From a bacterium (GTDB lineage: Bacteria; Patescibacteriota; Saccharimonadia; Saccharimonadales; Saccharimonadaceae): a DNA stretch of 46,357 nucleotides. The translations under genes were made by a program, and so were the position numbers. Below the pieces are notes generated by a model. That model was not told the origin of the DNA, did not search any database, and saw only the letters and a program-made list of their open reading frames with translations. This document shows positions 26,969 to 35,096 of the stretch, one piece after another (the first letter of the stretch is position 1; every line of letters begins with the position of its first letter). Where the stretch lies: NCBI GenBank assembly GCA_030429935.1, contig JAUIGH010000001.1, positions 1-46,357 of the forward strand. Reading direction: 5' to 3'.

Positions 26969-27975
26969 ACTTCGGCGTCACGTATATTGGCGCCGGTTTC
27001 AAATCCTCTTACAAATGAGGCGAATGCACCTGGTGTGACATCGTGGTTGTATCCACCGCCCATAATAACGAGAGTGCGCATGTTCATGTGACCAAGGCGG
27101 TCTCCAATTTCGGCATATTCCTGATCATCCAAATGGGTTAGTGGTGGCAGGCCTGGCCACTCGCGAGTATGGCCGTCAAACCCTGCTTCGATAATAAGGT
27201 AGTCGGCACCAAATGACTTAATCTTTTCTTGGGCACGTGCTAATAATTCGAAGTATTCCTCGTTTGAGATGCCAATAGGAAATGGAAGATTAAGGATGGT
27301 CCCCTCTCCTTCGCCAATGCCAGTCTCGTCTGCATGGCCAGTGTGTGGGAAGATCTCATTGGGATCGGCATGAAGGGATACGTAAAGGACCTCTGATTCA
27401 TCTTGAAAGATGTCCTGGATGCCATCACCGTGATGAACATCAAAATCCAGGATTGCAACTCGTTTGCCTGCTTCTTTGAATGCCTCGGCGGCAACGGCGG
27501 CATTATTGAAGAAACAAAAGCCATGATAGAACTCTCGCCCTGCGTGATGTCCGGGTGGTCGAGAGACGGCAATTGTAAGGCGCTTCTCTTCATCGTTCAG
27601 CAGTGCGTCGGCCGCAGCTAGAGATGCTTCGGCCGAAAAGAGGGCTTGCTCAAATGTGCCTGGATAAATTGCCGAAGCATTTGTCTCAGTGTCGCGGTCA
27701 TACGGCGACTTTAATGGGTTGTTATCTGTTGCTTGTAGACCAGTCTCATATATGGCTTGTATCATTACGGGTGAATGAAGTTTTGAGACAATGGCATAAG
27801 TTTCCTTGTGGACTTCAGGGACTACTACCCACTCTGTAGGAATGGTGTCGGAGAGGAGTTCATTTATGATGCCGTAAAGCCGCTCTGGAACATCCCATGG
27901 CTGTCCCTCGTCATCAATCCATCCCTTATGCTTGTAATGCTCGGAGTTATGGTACACGTGTCGTTCGGCTGGCAT
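26938..27975 (-). CDS. Histone deacetylase family / acetylpolyamine amidohydrolase-like protein
   Basis: Motifs RPPGHHA, GFCFFNNAAVAA, DFDVHHGDG, SLH, AGFD and GGGY. Start placed at the ATG at 27975; convergent 31-nt overlap with the PPTase gene. Confidence 0.9.
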   Translation of the reverse strand: MPAERHVYHNSEHYKHKGWIDDEGQPWDVPERLYGIINELLSDTIPTEWVVVPEVHKETYAIVSKLHSPVMIQAIYETGLQATDNNPLKSPYDRDTETNASAIYPGTFEQALFSAEASLAAADALLNDEEKRLTIAVSRPPGHHAGREFYHGFCFFNNAAVAAEAFKEAGKRVAILDFDVHHGDGIQDIFQDESEVLYVSLHADPNEIFPHTGHADETGIGEGEGTILNLPFPIGISNEEYFELLARAQEKIKSFGADYLIIEAGFDGHTREWPGLPPLTHLDDQEYAEIGDRLGHMNMRTLVIMGGGYNHDVTPGAFASFVRGFETGANIRDAEVYTSESTLPE

Positions 27976-28027
27976 AGTAGATTTTACTTTACAGTAATAA
28001 TGTAAACGTATCAATACAGCCACAATT

Positions 28028-28061
28028 TACACCAAAAGTGAACCAAATGGGTCAAAAGGGT
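28028..28061 (+). repeat. Imperfect direct repeat, right copy
   Basis: Similar to 13331-13362; both copies are followed about 20 nt later by a bidirectional terminator. Confidence 0.55.
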
Positions 28062-28080
28062 TCATGTAAATCATGGATAG

Positions 28081-28108
28081 AAAAACGACCGATTTCGGTC
28101 GTTTTTTT
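28081..28108. terminator. Bidirectional intrinsic terminator
   Basis: AAAAACGACCGATTTCGGTCGTTTTTTT. Confidence 0.85.
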
Positions 28109-28162
28109 GTTTCGATTCTCGCAAGCCGCTCACCCCAATAAGGAAGTGAGTCTAGGACTTTA

Positions 28163-29140
28163 TTAAACTCGTATCGATTCTCGATTATGGAGTGCAAGCT
28201 TTAAGTTAAGATTTCGTATGAGTTGTGTTTCCTCGAAGAGCGTTCCGTCCTGAACGACGTATTTTATGTAGGCACCAATTGCATCCTCTTCTCTATAAGA
28301 ATCACTTGTCGCTCTGATGATCTTTGTGAACTTGTCTATGGCAATACGTAGGTCTGGCTCAAGGGCCTCAATGTCTGTGATGAGATTATTGCAATGCTTG
28401 ATAAGCCCGTTTACAATATCTCGCTCGCGTCCAAACGGTTCTTTGCAGTCATAGTCAACCTGTCTTGAGCAATGATAGTACATAAAGACACCTACTGTGC
28501 CATTCTTGTACTTTTTCTTGCGTTCTTCGCAGACGATCGTTGAGCCGCAGCTGTAGCAGGTCATGAAGCGCTTATACGGAAATTCTTTTGCACCCCATTT
28601 GGATTTCATAGGCACTTTTAGTTGTTCTTGAACTATGTCAAACAAGTCCTTTGTAATTAGTGGCTCGTGACTGCCTTCGTACCATTGGCCACTGTCTTTG
28701 GGAAATTCAAATTTACCGTAGTAGTATGGATTTTTTAGTATTTTGTAAATCATACTCAGTGAGATGTGTTTTTCTTTTCGTGTCGTTACTGTATTATCTT
28801 CGAGCCATGACCGAATATGTCTTCCGCTCTTGCCGTTGGCTGACATTTCGAACATCTGCCTGATATATGGCGCTCGCAGCTCGTCAATAATGACATCTCG
28901 ACCATTACCACTTCCTCGCGTGAAGTAGCCGAGCGGTAGTATGCATAGCCGCCACCCCATTTCGCATTTGGCTCGGATGCCACGCTTTACGTTGATCGCC
29001 CGGTTATCGTTTTCAAGCTTTTCAATGTAGTCGTTAACCGCATGGGCTGGCTGTGATTTAACATGTTTATCTTTTTCCTGCAGGTTTTTACGCAAAGACC
29101 TAAGACTATCAATATAAGATGATAGCTGGTTCTTGCTCAT
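28163..29140 (-). pseudogene. Large serine recombinase lacking its N-terminal catalytic (resolvase) domain
   Basis: KLENDN..INVKRG.RAK...G....PLGY, ILKNPYYYG, GSHEPLITKDLF and a Zn ribbon (CYSCG...YYHC...C) are present. No YxRxS catalytic motif; the first about 40 aa look unrelated. Confidence 0.8.
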
Positions 29141-29391
29141 CGCAGTAAACTCTTCTAGTGGAGTAACATCAATGGCTAATTCTCTTTGCAGTCATGTCAC
29201 TTCAACGCGGACACTTTGTGCTATTTCTTTGAGCTTATCTTCCTTTTGCCACGGTAATTCAGGGAGGTTATAGTCTGCCATGTACCGTAGGTATTCCGAC
29301 CTATTGTCAAATGATTTTGGTTTATAGAATTCTTTGAGGTAAATATTAAGGGTGATCAAGGTACAATAAAAATGTCCTTATAAAGAGAAGA

Positions 29392-29409
29392 GGCGCACCG
29401 AAGTGCGCC
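29392..29409 (-). terminator. Intrinsic terminator of the 29434-29856 gene
   Basis: Minus-strand hairpin GGCGCAC-TTCG-GTGCGCC followed by a pyrimidine tract. Confidence 0.6.
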
Positions 29410-29433
29410 AATTCCCGAACTGCTGCTGTGGAT

Positions 29434-29856
29434 CTACACGGTCACCTTGGGGCGGTAGCCCATGATGGCGACCATGCCCATGCCGGCGAGCTCGCGACCA
29501 TGCGGGTCGTCGTACTCCATGCCGAGCATAGTGCGCGGGTCCAGGATGTCCCACCAGCCCATGATCTTGCCGAAGGCGAAGAGCATGAACGCGCGGCGCT
29601 GGTCCCCCAGGGCTCCACCGGCGACGAGGTAGTTGATCTCCTCGCCGAGTGGCGGAACTGGCTGACCCCAGCTATCGCTGGGCCACTCCTTGAGGAGTTC
29701 GATCATCTCGGCGGCGTGCTCGTGGACCTTGGCGGTCTTCAGGGCGAGCGCCATGACGAAAAAGTTGAACACCTCGCTGCCCTCGACGGGCCGCTGGTCC
29801 TCATCCACCTCGCCGAGCGAGTCGACGAGAATGGCGTTGATTCGTGCGATATCCAT
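29434..29856 (-). CDS. Hypothetical protein, very GC-rich codon usage
   Basis: 140-aa ORF with an AAAGGAAG RBS-like sequence and its own terminator; third codon positions are mostly G/C. Confidence 0.75.
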   Translation of the reverse strand: MDIARINAILVDSLGEVDEDQRPVEGSEVFNFFVMALALKTAKVHEHAAEMIELLKEWPSDSWGQPVPPLGEEINYLVAGGALGDQRRAFMLFAFGKIMGWWDILDPRTMLGMEYDDPHGRELAGMGMVAIMGYRPKVTV

Positions 29857-29979
29857 CGCGGGTACTTCCTTTCAGTCGGGAACAATTATACTATATCATA
29901 TACATCAAATATAATCAATAGCATAGAGTCTACATCTCGTGTCTCATTTCAGGTATCAGATCCGTATGCTTAGCCATGG

Positions 29980-30014
29980 AAAATTCCGTAGTTCTACTGA
30001 GCTACGGAATTTTT
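29980..30014. terminator. Bidirectional intrinsic terminator
   Basis: AAAATTCCGTAGTTC-TACT-GAGCTACGGAATTTT. Confidence 0.8.
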
Positions 30015-30148
30015 CTTTGCTCGATGTAGTGGATTCGAACTCCCGAATGCGAAGCATGAGGTGTGAAGACTGCCAGCGGCAGTCTGCAAGGCGATGTCAC
30101 ACGTGAACTATGTTCAAGAGACTGATTCGCGGGGTCGCGGAACGTGAC

Positions 30149-30170
30149 TCGAATCCCTCCACCCCGCCAA
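30149..30170 (+). repeat. Duplicated tRNA-Gln 3' end (attR-like)
   Basis: TCGAATCCCTCCACCCC-GCCAA versus TCGAATCCCTCCACCCCAGCCAA in the tRNA (1-nt deletion). Confidence 0.8.
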
Positions 30171-30226
30171 TGTGCTTAAGTTTGAGCACTTCTCTGAACT
30201 TCTTTTTATTGTGCTAGTATTTAAAC

Positions 30227-30661
30227 ATGGAAAAACAAGTAAAAGTTGGTGTAGGCATTTTTGTTTTTAAAGACGGCAAGTTTTTACTTCTGAAAAGGAA
30301 AGGCTCTCACGGAGGTGACACATGGTCATTGCCCGGTGGCCATCTTGAATTTGGAGAGTCGTTTGCTGAAGTAGGTGCACGTGAGCTGCTAGAGGAAACC
30401 GGACTTGTAGCAGGCAATATCCAATTTGGAGCTGTCTTAAATAATCATTTCATAGATGTCGATAAGCACTATGTTTCAGTATGGCTGACCAGTGATTGGA
30501 TGGAGGGTGAGGAGCACATTACTGAACCGGATAAGTGCCATGCGGTTGGTTGGTTTGATTTTGAATCACTCCCAGAGCCGTTATTCTTACCGTGGCAACA
30601 ATTTTTAGATTCAGATTTTCTGGAAGCTGTTGAGGGCAGGCTTAGACAAACGGCTGTTTAA
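30227..30661 (+). CDS. NUDIX hydrolase (MutT/NUDT15-like)
   Basis: Nudix box GGHLEFGESFAEVGARELLEETGL; EPDKC motif. Confidence 0.92.
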   Translation: MEKQVKVGVGIFVFKDGKFLLLKRKGSHGGDTWSLPGGHLEFGESFAEVGARELLEETGLVAGNIQFGAVLNNHFIDVDKHYVSVWLTSDWMEGEEHITEPDKCHAVGWFDFESLPEPLFLPWQQFLDSDFLEAVEGRLRQTAV

Positions 30662-30891
30662 TGCTTTATGAGATATATTCCCTGCCGTTAGAAACGCATC
30701 CAAAAGCCCCAGCCATGAAATTAGATTGAGTGGTTACTCGATCTTTTTTCAAATAAGCTGAGGAGCGAAGCGCTATCCCTCCACTATCTCTCAACTCTAA
30801 CTATCGACCGGAAGACTCACGCAACCCCGTACTTTGTAGACGTTATATAACCAAAGATCGAGAGCAGCATATCTACGGTATAATCTGTGTC

Positions 30892-31254
30892 ATGGGAATC
30901 GACTACACGCTGTTCGTGAGCGCGCTACTGTATTTCTTCGTCGTGAAGATCTTTGTATCTTCGAAACTCAGCATAGTATCGGCGAGTCTGATCGTCGTTC
31001 TGGGCTCGTTCGCTTTTTCGCTCCTCACCCGCTGGATTATCCTCAGTTCATAAGGCGTATCCGCTTTTGAGCTCATCAGTGTCTCAGCGATACTCACTGT
31101 GATACTTCAGCTCATGGCTGCTGTCTTCGTGTTTTATAAATTACAAGAAACCGAAGAGACGTATATGGCTTGGATGGGTTGGAGTATTTTGGGATTTGTG
31201 ACCTTATTTTTCATCATCCCATTCGTATCGAACAAATTTGTAGCATTGTTCTAG
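30892..31254 (+). pseudogene. Small multi-pass membrane protein gene interrupted by one in-frame TAA
   Basis: TATAAT-7 nt-ATG; a hydrophobic reading frame of 120 codons with a single TAA at 31051-31053 that continues in frame to TAG at 31252-31254. Confidence 0.6.
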
Positions 31255-31323
31255 ATTGACGTTAACGTCGAATAATTGCGGAACGCGCGTCGAGTGTAGT
31301 CGTGCTCATGCTACAATCACCAC

Positions 31324-31626
31324 ATGCACCACAGCCACAAACACATCGCTCACATCCACAAAAAACAGAATAAAAAGCCTCAGCACCTCGTCGTACTGGC
31401 GGCGAGCGTGCTGTATCCGCTGACAACGTTGCCGCAGGTGTATTTGATTTACACCAATCACTCGGCTGAAGACGTCTCGCTGTCGATGTACGTTATGTAC
31501 GTGTTATTCGCGTTCGTATTCCTGTACTACGGCATCAGCGAAAAGCTGCGCCCGGTCATCGTGCTGCAGCTGCTGTGGATCGTGATGTACGTCCCGGTGC
31601 TGGTCGGCATCCTGCTCTACGGCTAG
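31324..31626 (+). CDS. PQ-loop / SemiSWEET-like small membrane protein with a His-rich N-terminus
   Basis: LPQVYLIY...SAEDVSL and three TM helices. Confidence 0.8.
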   Translation: MHHSHKHIAHIHKKQNKKPQHLVVLAASVLYPLTTLPQVYLIYTNHSAEDVSLSMYVMYVLFAFVFLYYGISEKLRPVIVLQLLWIVMYVPVLVGILLYG

Positions 31627-31680
31627 TGGGTTTGCTATAGTAGTCAGTAGAATTATTCAAATCAGCTGCAGGGGGATGAT

Positions 31681-32595
31681 ATGAGTCGAGAGATGGTGCT
31701 ACAGGCGCGCGGGTTGGTCAAGGAATTTGGGGGGTTTCGGGCGCTCGATGGGTTGGATCTGGAGCTTCGGCGCGGTGAAGTCATGGGATTTCTAGGGCCA
31801 AACGGCTCGGGAAAGTCAACCACGATTCGCATCTTGCTGGGCTTGCTCAAAAAATCTGCCGGAGACGTGACATTGCTGGGTGAAGACCCGTGGAAGCACG
31901 CCGTCGAGCTGCATCGCCAACTGGCTTATGTGCCGGGTGATGTCGAGCTGTGGCCAAATCTCAGTGGTGGTGAATGCATCGACCTACTGGGTGATCTCCG
32001 CGGCGGGCTGGATGAGACTCGGCGAGCTGATCTACTAGAGCGATTTAGCCTGGATCCGACCAAAAAATTCCGCACCTACTCCAAAGGTAACCGCCAAAAA
32101 GTCGCCCTCGTCGCGGCGCTGGCGTCTGACGTCGACCTGTACATATTGGACGAGCCGACATCAGGTCTGGACCCGCTGATGGAAGCGGTATTTCAGGACT
32201 ATGTGCGCCAGCTGAAAGCTGACGGCAAGACCGTCTTGCTATCGAGCCACATCCTAGCTGAAGTCGAAGCATTGTGTGACCGGGTGACCATCATCCGTGA
32301 TGGCCGCACCGTCGAGACTGGCAGTCTGGCTGATATCCAGCAGTTGCAGCAGACGCATTTTGATATCACTACTGTCAAATCTCCCGAAAACTTGGCGGAG
32401 ATGCCGGGCGTCCATAATTATCAACACAGCGATAATACAGCGTCGTTTCAGGTCGAGCCAGATCAGCTGGCTGCCGTCACCGAAGCTGTCGCGGCGCTGG
32501 GCGTGACGCATATCACGTCGCACCCGCCCAAACTCGAAGAATTGTTCTTGCGCCACTACGACAAACAACCTGAGACCGCCACGCGGGAGTCTTAG
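31681..32595 (+). CDS. ABC exporter ATP-binding protein
   Basis: Walker A GPNGSGKST, signature YSKGNRQK, LDEPTSGLD and H-loop SSH. Confidence 0.95.
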   Translation: MSREMVLQARGLVKEFGGFRALDGLDLELRRGEVMGFLGPNGSGKSTTIRILLGLLKKSAGDVTLLGEDPWKHAVELHRQLAYVPGDVELWPNLSGGECIDLLGDLRGGLDETRRADLLERFSLDPTKKFRTYSKGNRQKVALVAALASDVDLYILDEPTSGLDPLMEAVFQDYVRQLKADGKTVLLSSHILAEVEALCDRVTIIRDGRTVETGSLADIQQLQQTHFDITTVKSPENLAEMPGVHNYQHSDNTASFQVEPDQLAAVTEAVAALGVTHITSHPPKLEELFLRHYDKQPETATRES

Positions 32596-32597
32596 CG

Positions 32598-34232
32598 GTG
32601 GGCGCGTTTACTGGCACCGGACGACTGCTCAAATTAGCGCTGCGGCGCGATCGTATCGTGCTGCCGGTCACGATCGTCATCGCCGTCGCATTGGTGGCTG
32701 GTTCGGCACCCGCCCTGGCCGAAGTCTACAATACGCCAGCCGCAATCAATAGTTATGTCGCGTCGGGTGCATCGAGCGCCGTGGGACGGGTCTTTCAAGG
32801 ACCAATACAAGGCGCCACGCTCGGTTCGATATTGATTGCCGAAGTGTTCCTATTTGGCGCCATTATCTTGGGTATCATGAGTGCGTTTATCATCACCCGA
32901 CACACTCGCCACAACGAAGAACTCGGTGCGGCGGAGCTGCTGGGTGCTGGGGTGGTCGGACGGAGCGCGCCGCTGAGTGCTGCAGTCGTATTGGCGCTGC
33001 TGGCAAATGGCGTTACGGTGATCGCGTTGTATGCGAGCTTTACGCTGATGCCGGATTTTGATCAGATAGGTAGTCTGTACATGTCGCTGGCGCTGGGTGG
33101 GTTTGGCCTGGCGATGGCAGGCGTGGCAGCCGTCACAGCCCAGCTGAGTGACTATTGGCGCGGTGCTAACTTGCTAGCGATGGCGGCGCTGGGCGTGTTT
33201 TTTATCGTGCGCGGATTTGGCGACGTACTCGGTGAATTATCGGCTGACGGATTGAGTGTCACATCACATTGGCTGAGCTGGTTGTCGCCAATGGGCTGGG
33301 CGTATCTGGTGCTGCCCTACGCCGATAATCGTGTCATGCCGCTGTTACTACTCGGTGGTCTATTTGTCGTGTTGACGGCGATTGGCTACGCGCTGCTATA
33401 TCGACGTGATGTTGGCTCGAGTCTGTTTGCGTCACGCCCTGGGCGAGCCCGAGCGTCTGCACTGCTCAGCGGTACGTGGGGACTAGCCGCGCGTTTACAG
33501 TGGAGTAATTTGCTCGCATGGGGTGCAGGTTTCGTCGTGTCGGGTATCTTGATCGCCGTCGTGGTTAATGATTATCAGCAGACGTTCCAAGAAAACGAGA
33601 TATTTCGTCAGCTACTGGCCAGTACCGGCAGTACGACAGCCAGCTTTCTGGAATTGATCATCGCCCTGATGTATCCGCTGATGGCGACGTTCTTGGCCGG
33701 CTATGCGGTCGCGGCACTGATAAAACTGTCCGACGAAGAAACATCGGGCCGACTAGAAGCATTGCTGGCGACGGCTACGGACCGAACCCGCTGGCTATGG
33801 AGTCATGTGGGGTCGACTATGATAGGCAGCGTTCTGCTATTTGCAGCCATGGGCGTGACGGGAGCGTTGGGATTTGCTGCCGTCAGCGGTACAACCGAGG
33901 TCGATCCGTCGATGATCTGGTGGGCGTCACTGATCATCGTGCCAGCTATGTTGGTGTTCATCAGCGGTATTGCACTGGTATATGCGTTGTGGGGACGATG
34001 GGTCAAGCCGTTCGCGTGGACGTGGTACGCCTACTGCGCGTTCATCGGGAGTTTTGCGGGCATATTCAGCTGGCCGGATTGGGTGACCAAATTGTCACCG
34101 TTTGACTACACACCCGCCTACCCTTCGGACACAGTCGAATGGTCGATACTCGCGGCATTAGTTGCGGTTGCAGTGGTAATGAGTCTGGTGGCAACAGTGA
34201 TCTTTCGACAGCGCGATATCACGACCGAGTAA
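32598..34232 (+). CDS. ABC-2 type exporter permease (duplicated membrane domain)
   Basis: About 12 TM segments; two repeats of an EE..G..E.L motif; follows the ATPase gene. Confidence 0.88.
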   Translation: MGAFTGTGRLLKLALRRDRIVLPVTIVIAVALVAGSAPALAEVYNTPAAINSYVASGASSAVGRVFQGPIQGATLGSILIAEVFLFGAIILGIMSAFIITRHTRHNEELGAAELLGAGVVGRSAPLSAAVVLALLANGVTVIALYASFTLMPDFDQIGSLYMSLALGGFGLAMAGVAAVTAQLSDYWRGANLLAMAALGVFFIVRGFGDVLGELSADGLSVTSHWLSWLSPMGWAYLVLPYADNRVMPLLLLGGLFVVLTAIGYALLYRRDVGSSLFASRPGRARASALLSGTWGLAARLQWSNLLAWGAGFVVSGILIAVVVNDYQQTFQENEIFRQLLASTGSTTASFLELIIALMYPLMATFLAGYAVAALIKLSDEETSGRLEALLATATDRTRWLWSHVGSTMIGSVLLFAAMGVTGALGFAAVSGTTEVDPSMIWWASLIIVPAMLVFISGIALVYALWGRWVKPFAWTWYAYCAFIGSFAGIFSWPDWVTKLSPFDYTPAYPSDTVEWSILAALVAVAVVMSLVATVIFRQRDITTE

Positions 34233-34710
34233 TTGTCCGCGACGGCGTGACGATGATGTCGACCAGTCGATCGTGTGCTTCGTGAGGGATGGAGTCTAGC
34301 AGCTGGACATCGTAGACTGGCGTAATGCTGATTGCAGATGGATAGTTGGCGAGCAATCGGTCGTACCAGCCGGCTCCCCTACCCAATCGGTTTCCATGTC
34401 GATCGACGGCCACGGCAGGCAGGATGATCACGTCTGGTGCGCTCGGCGGTATATTGGCATCGGCGGTCACGGCAACAAATTCGAGGGTGATGTGTGGGTG
34501 CTCCTGGGTTATCCAATCAGTGAAGGTGTCGAGCGGCAGCTCATGCCAAGCTGATTGTGCACGATAGCAAAGCAGATTCGTAATAGTTCGCCAATCAACA
34601 GTACGCTGCAACGCGCTATTGACGTCGCGCGCTTGTTGCTGTTTTTCAGTCAATGTGAGCTTAGCCAATCGGCGAGCAATGTCGCGTCGCTGTGCCGATT
34701 TATCTCGCAT
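34219..34710 (-). CDS. 5-formyltetrahydrofolate cyclo-ligase
   Basis: PDVIILPAVAVDRHGNRLGRGAGWYDRLL and PHEAHD; start placed at the ATG at 34710 (MRDKSAQRR). Confidence 0.9.
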   Translation of the reverse strand: MRDKSAQRRDIARRLAKLTLTEKQQQARDVNSALQRTVDWRTITNLLCYRAQSAWHELPLDTFTDWITQEHPHITLEFVAVTADANIPPSAPDVIILPAVAVDRHGNRLGRGAGWYDRLLANYPSAISITPVYDVQLLDSIPHEAHDRLVDIIVTPSRTITRS

Positions 34711-34771
34711 ATATACAGTATACGCCTGAGTAACGCTTGTGCTTTCGACAACGCACAGGTATAGTGGTGGC

Positions 34772-35071
34772 ATGGCTCAGAAAAAATCTACGACGAAGAA
34801 AACATCGACGCGTAAATCTCCATCGACGCGTGCAAAATCAACCAAGTCGACGAAAGCGTCAACTGCTCGCAAGTCGCCGGCAACGAAAACAACAGCGCGT
34901 AAGACGACCACAAAAGCACCAGCAAAGAAGTCGACTCGCGCAAAGTCAACCACCGTTCGCAAAGCTCCGGCTGTCGACAAAGTTGACTACTACCCGAATC
35001 GTGTCGCCTTGCTGACTGCGACCGCCGCAGTCCTGATATTGCTCGCGCTCGGCATGATTACCGCTCTCTAG
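34772..35071 (+). CDS. Lys/Thr/Ser/Ala-rich histone H1-like small protein with a C-terminal TM helix
   Basis: MAQKKSTTKKTSTRKSPSTRAKSTK... repeats followed by VALLTATAAVLILLALGMITAL; TATAGT 6 nt before the ATG. Confidence 0.75.
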   Translation: MAQKKSTTKKTSTRKSPSTRAKSTKSTKASTARKSPATKTTARKTTTKAPAKKSTRAKSTTVRKAPAVDKVDYYPNRVALLTATAAVLILLALGMITAL

Positions 35072-35096
35072 GCTGTATCTGTAGTATACTGACTAC

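Larger units (their letters stand above)
13326..30170. mobile_element. Genomic island integrated at the tRNA-Gln 3' end
   Basis: 17-bp direct repeat TCGAATCCCTCCACCCC at 13304-13320 and 30149-30165; visibly more AT-rich than the flanks; contains a recombinase remnant and pseudogenes. Confidence 0.75.

Noticed and set aside
29192..31053. Stop-codon reassignment suggested by in-frame TGA (29192) and TAA (31051)
   Set aside because: Core genes such as recR and the DHH gene end in TGA, others end in TAA, and long genes have no internal stops; these are isolated lesions.
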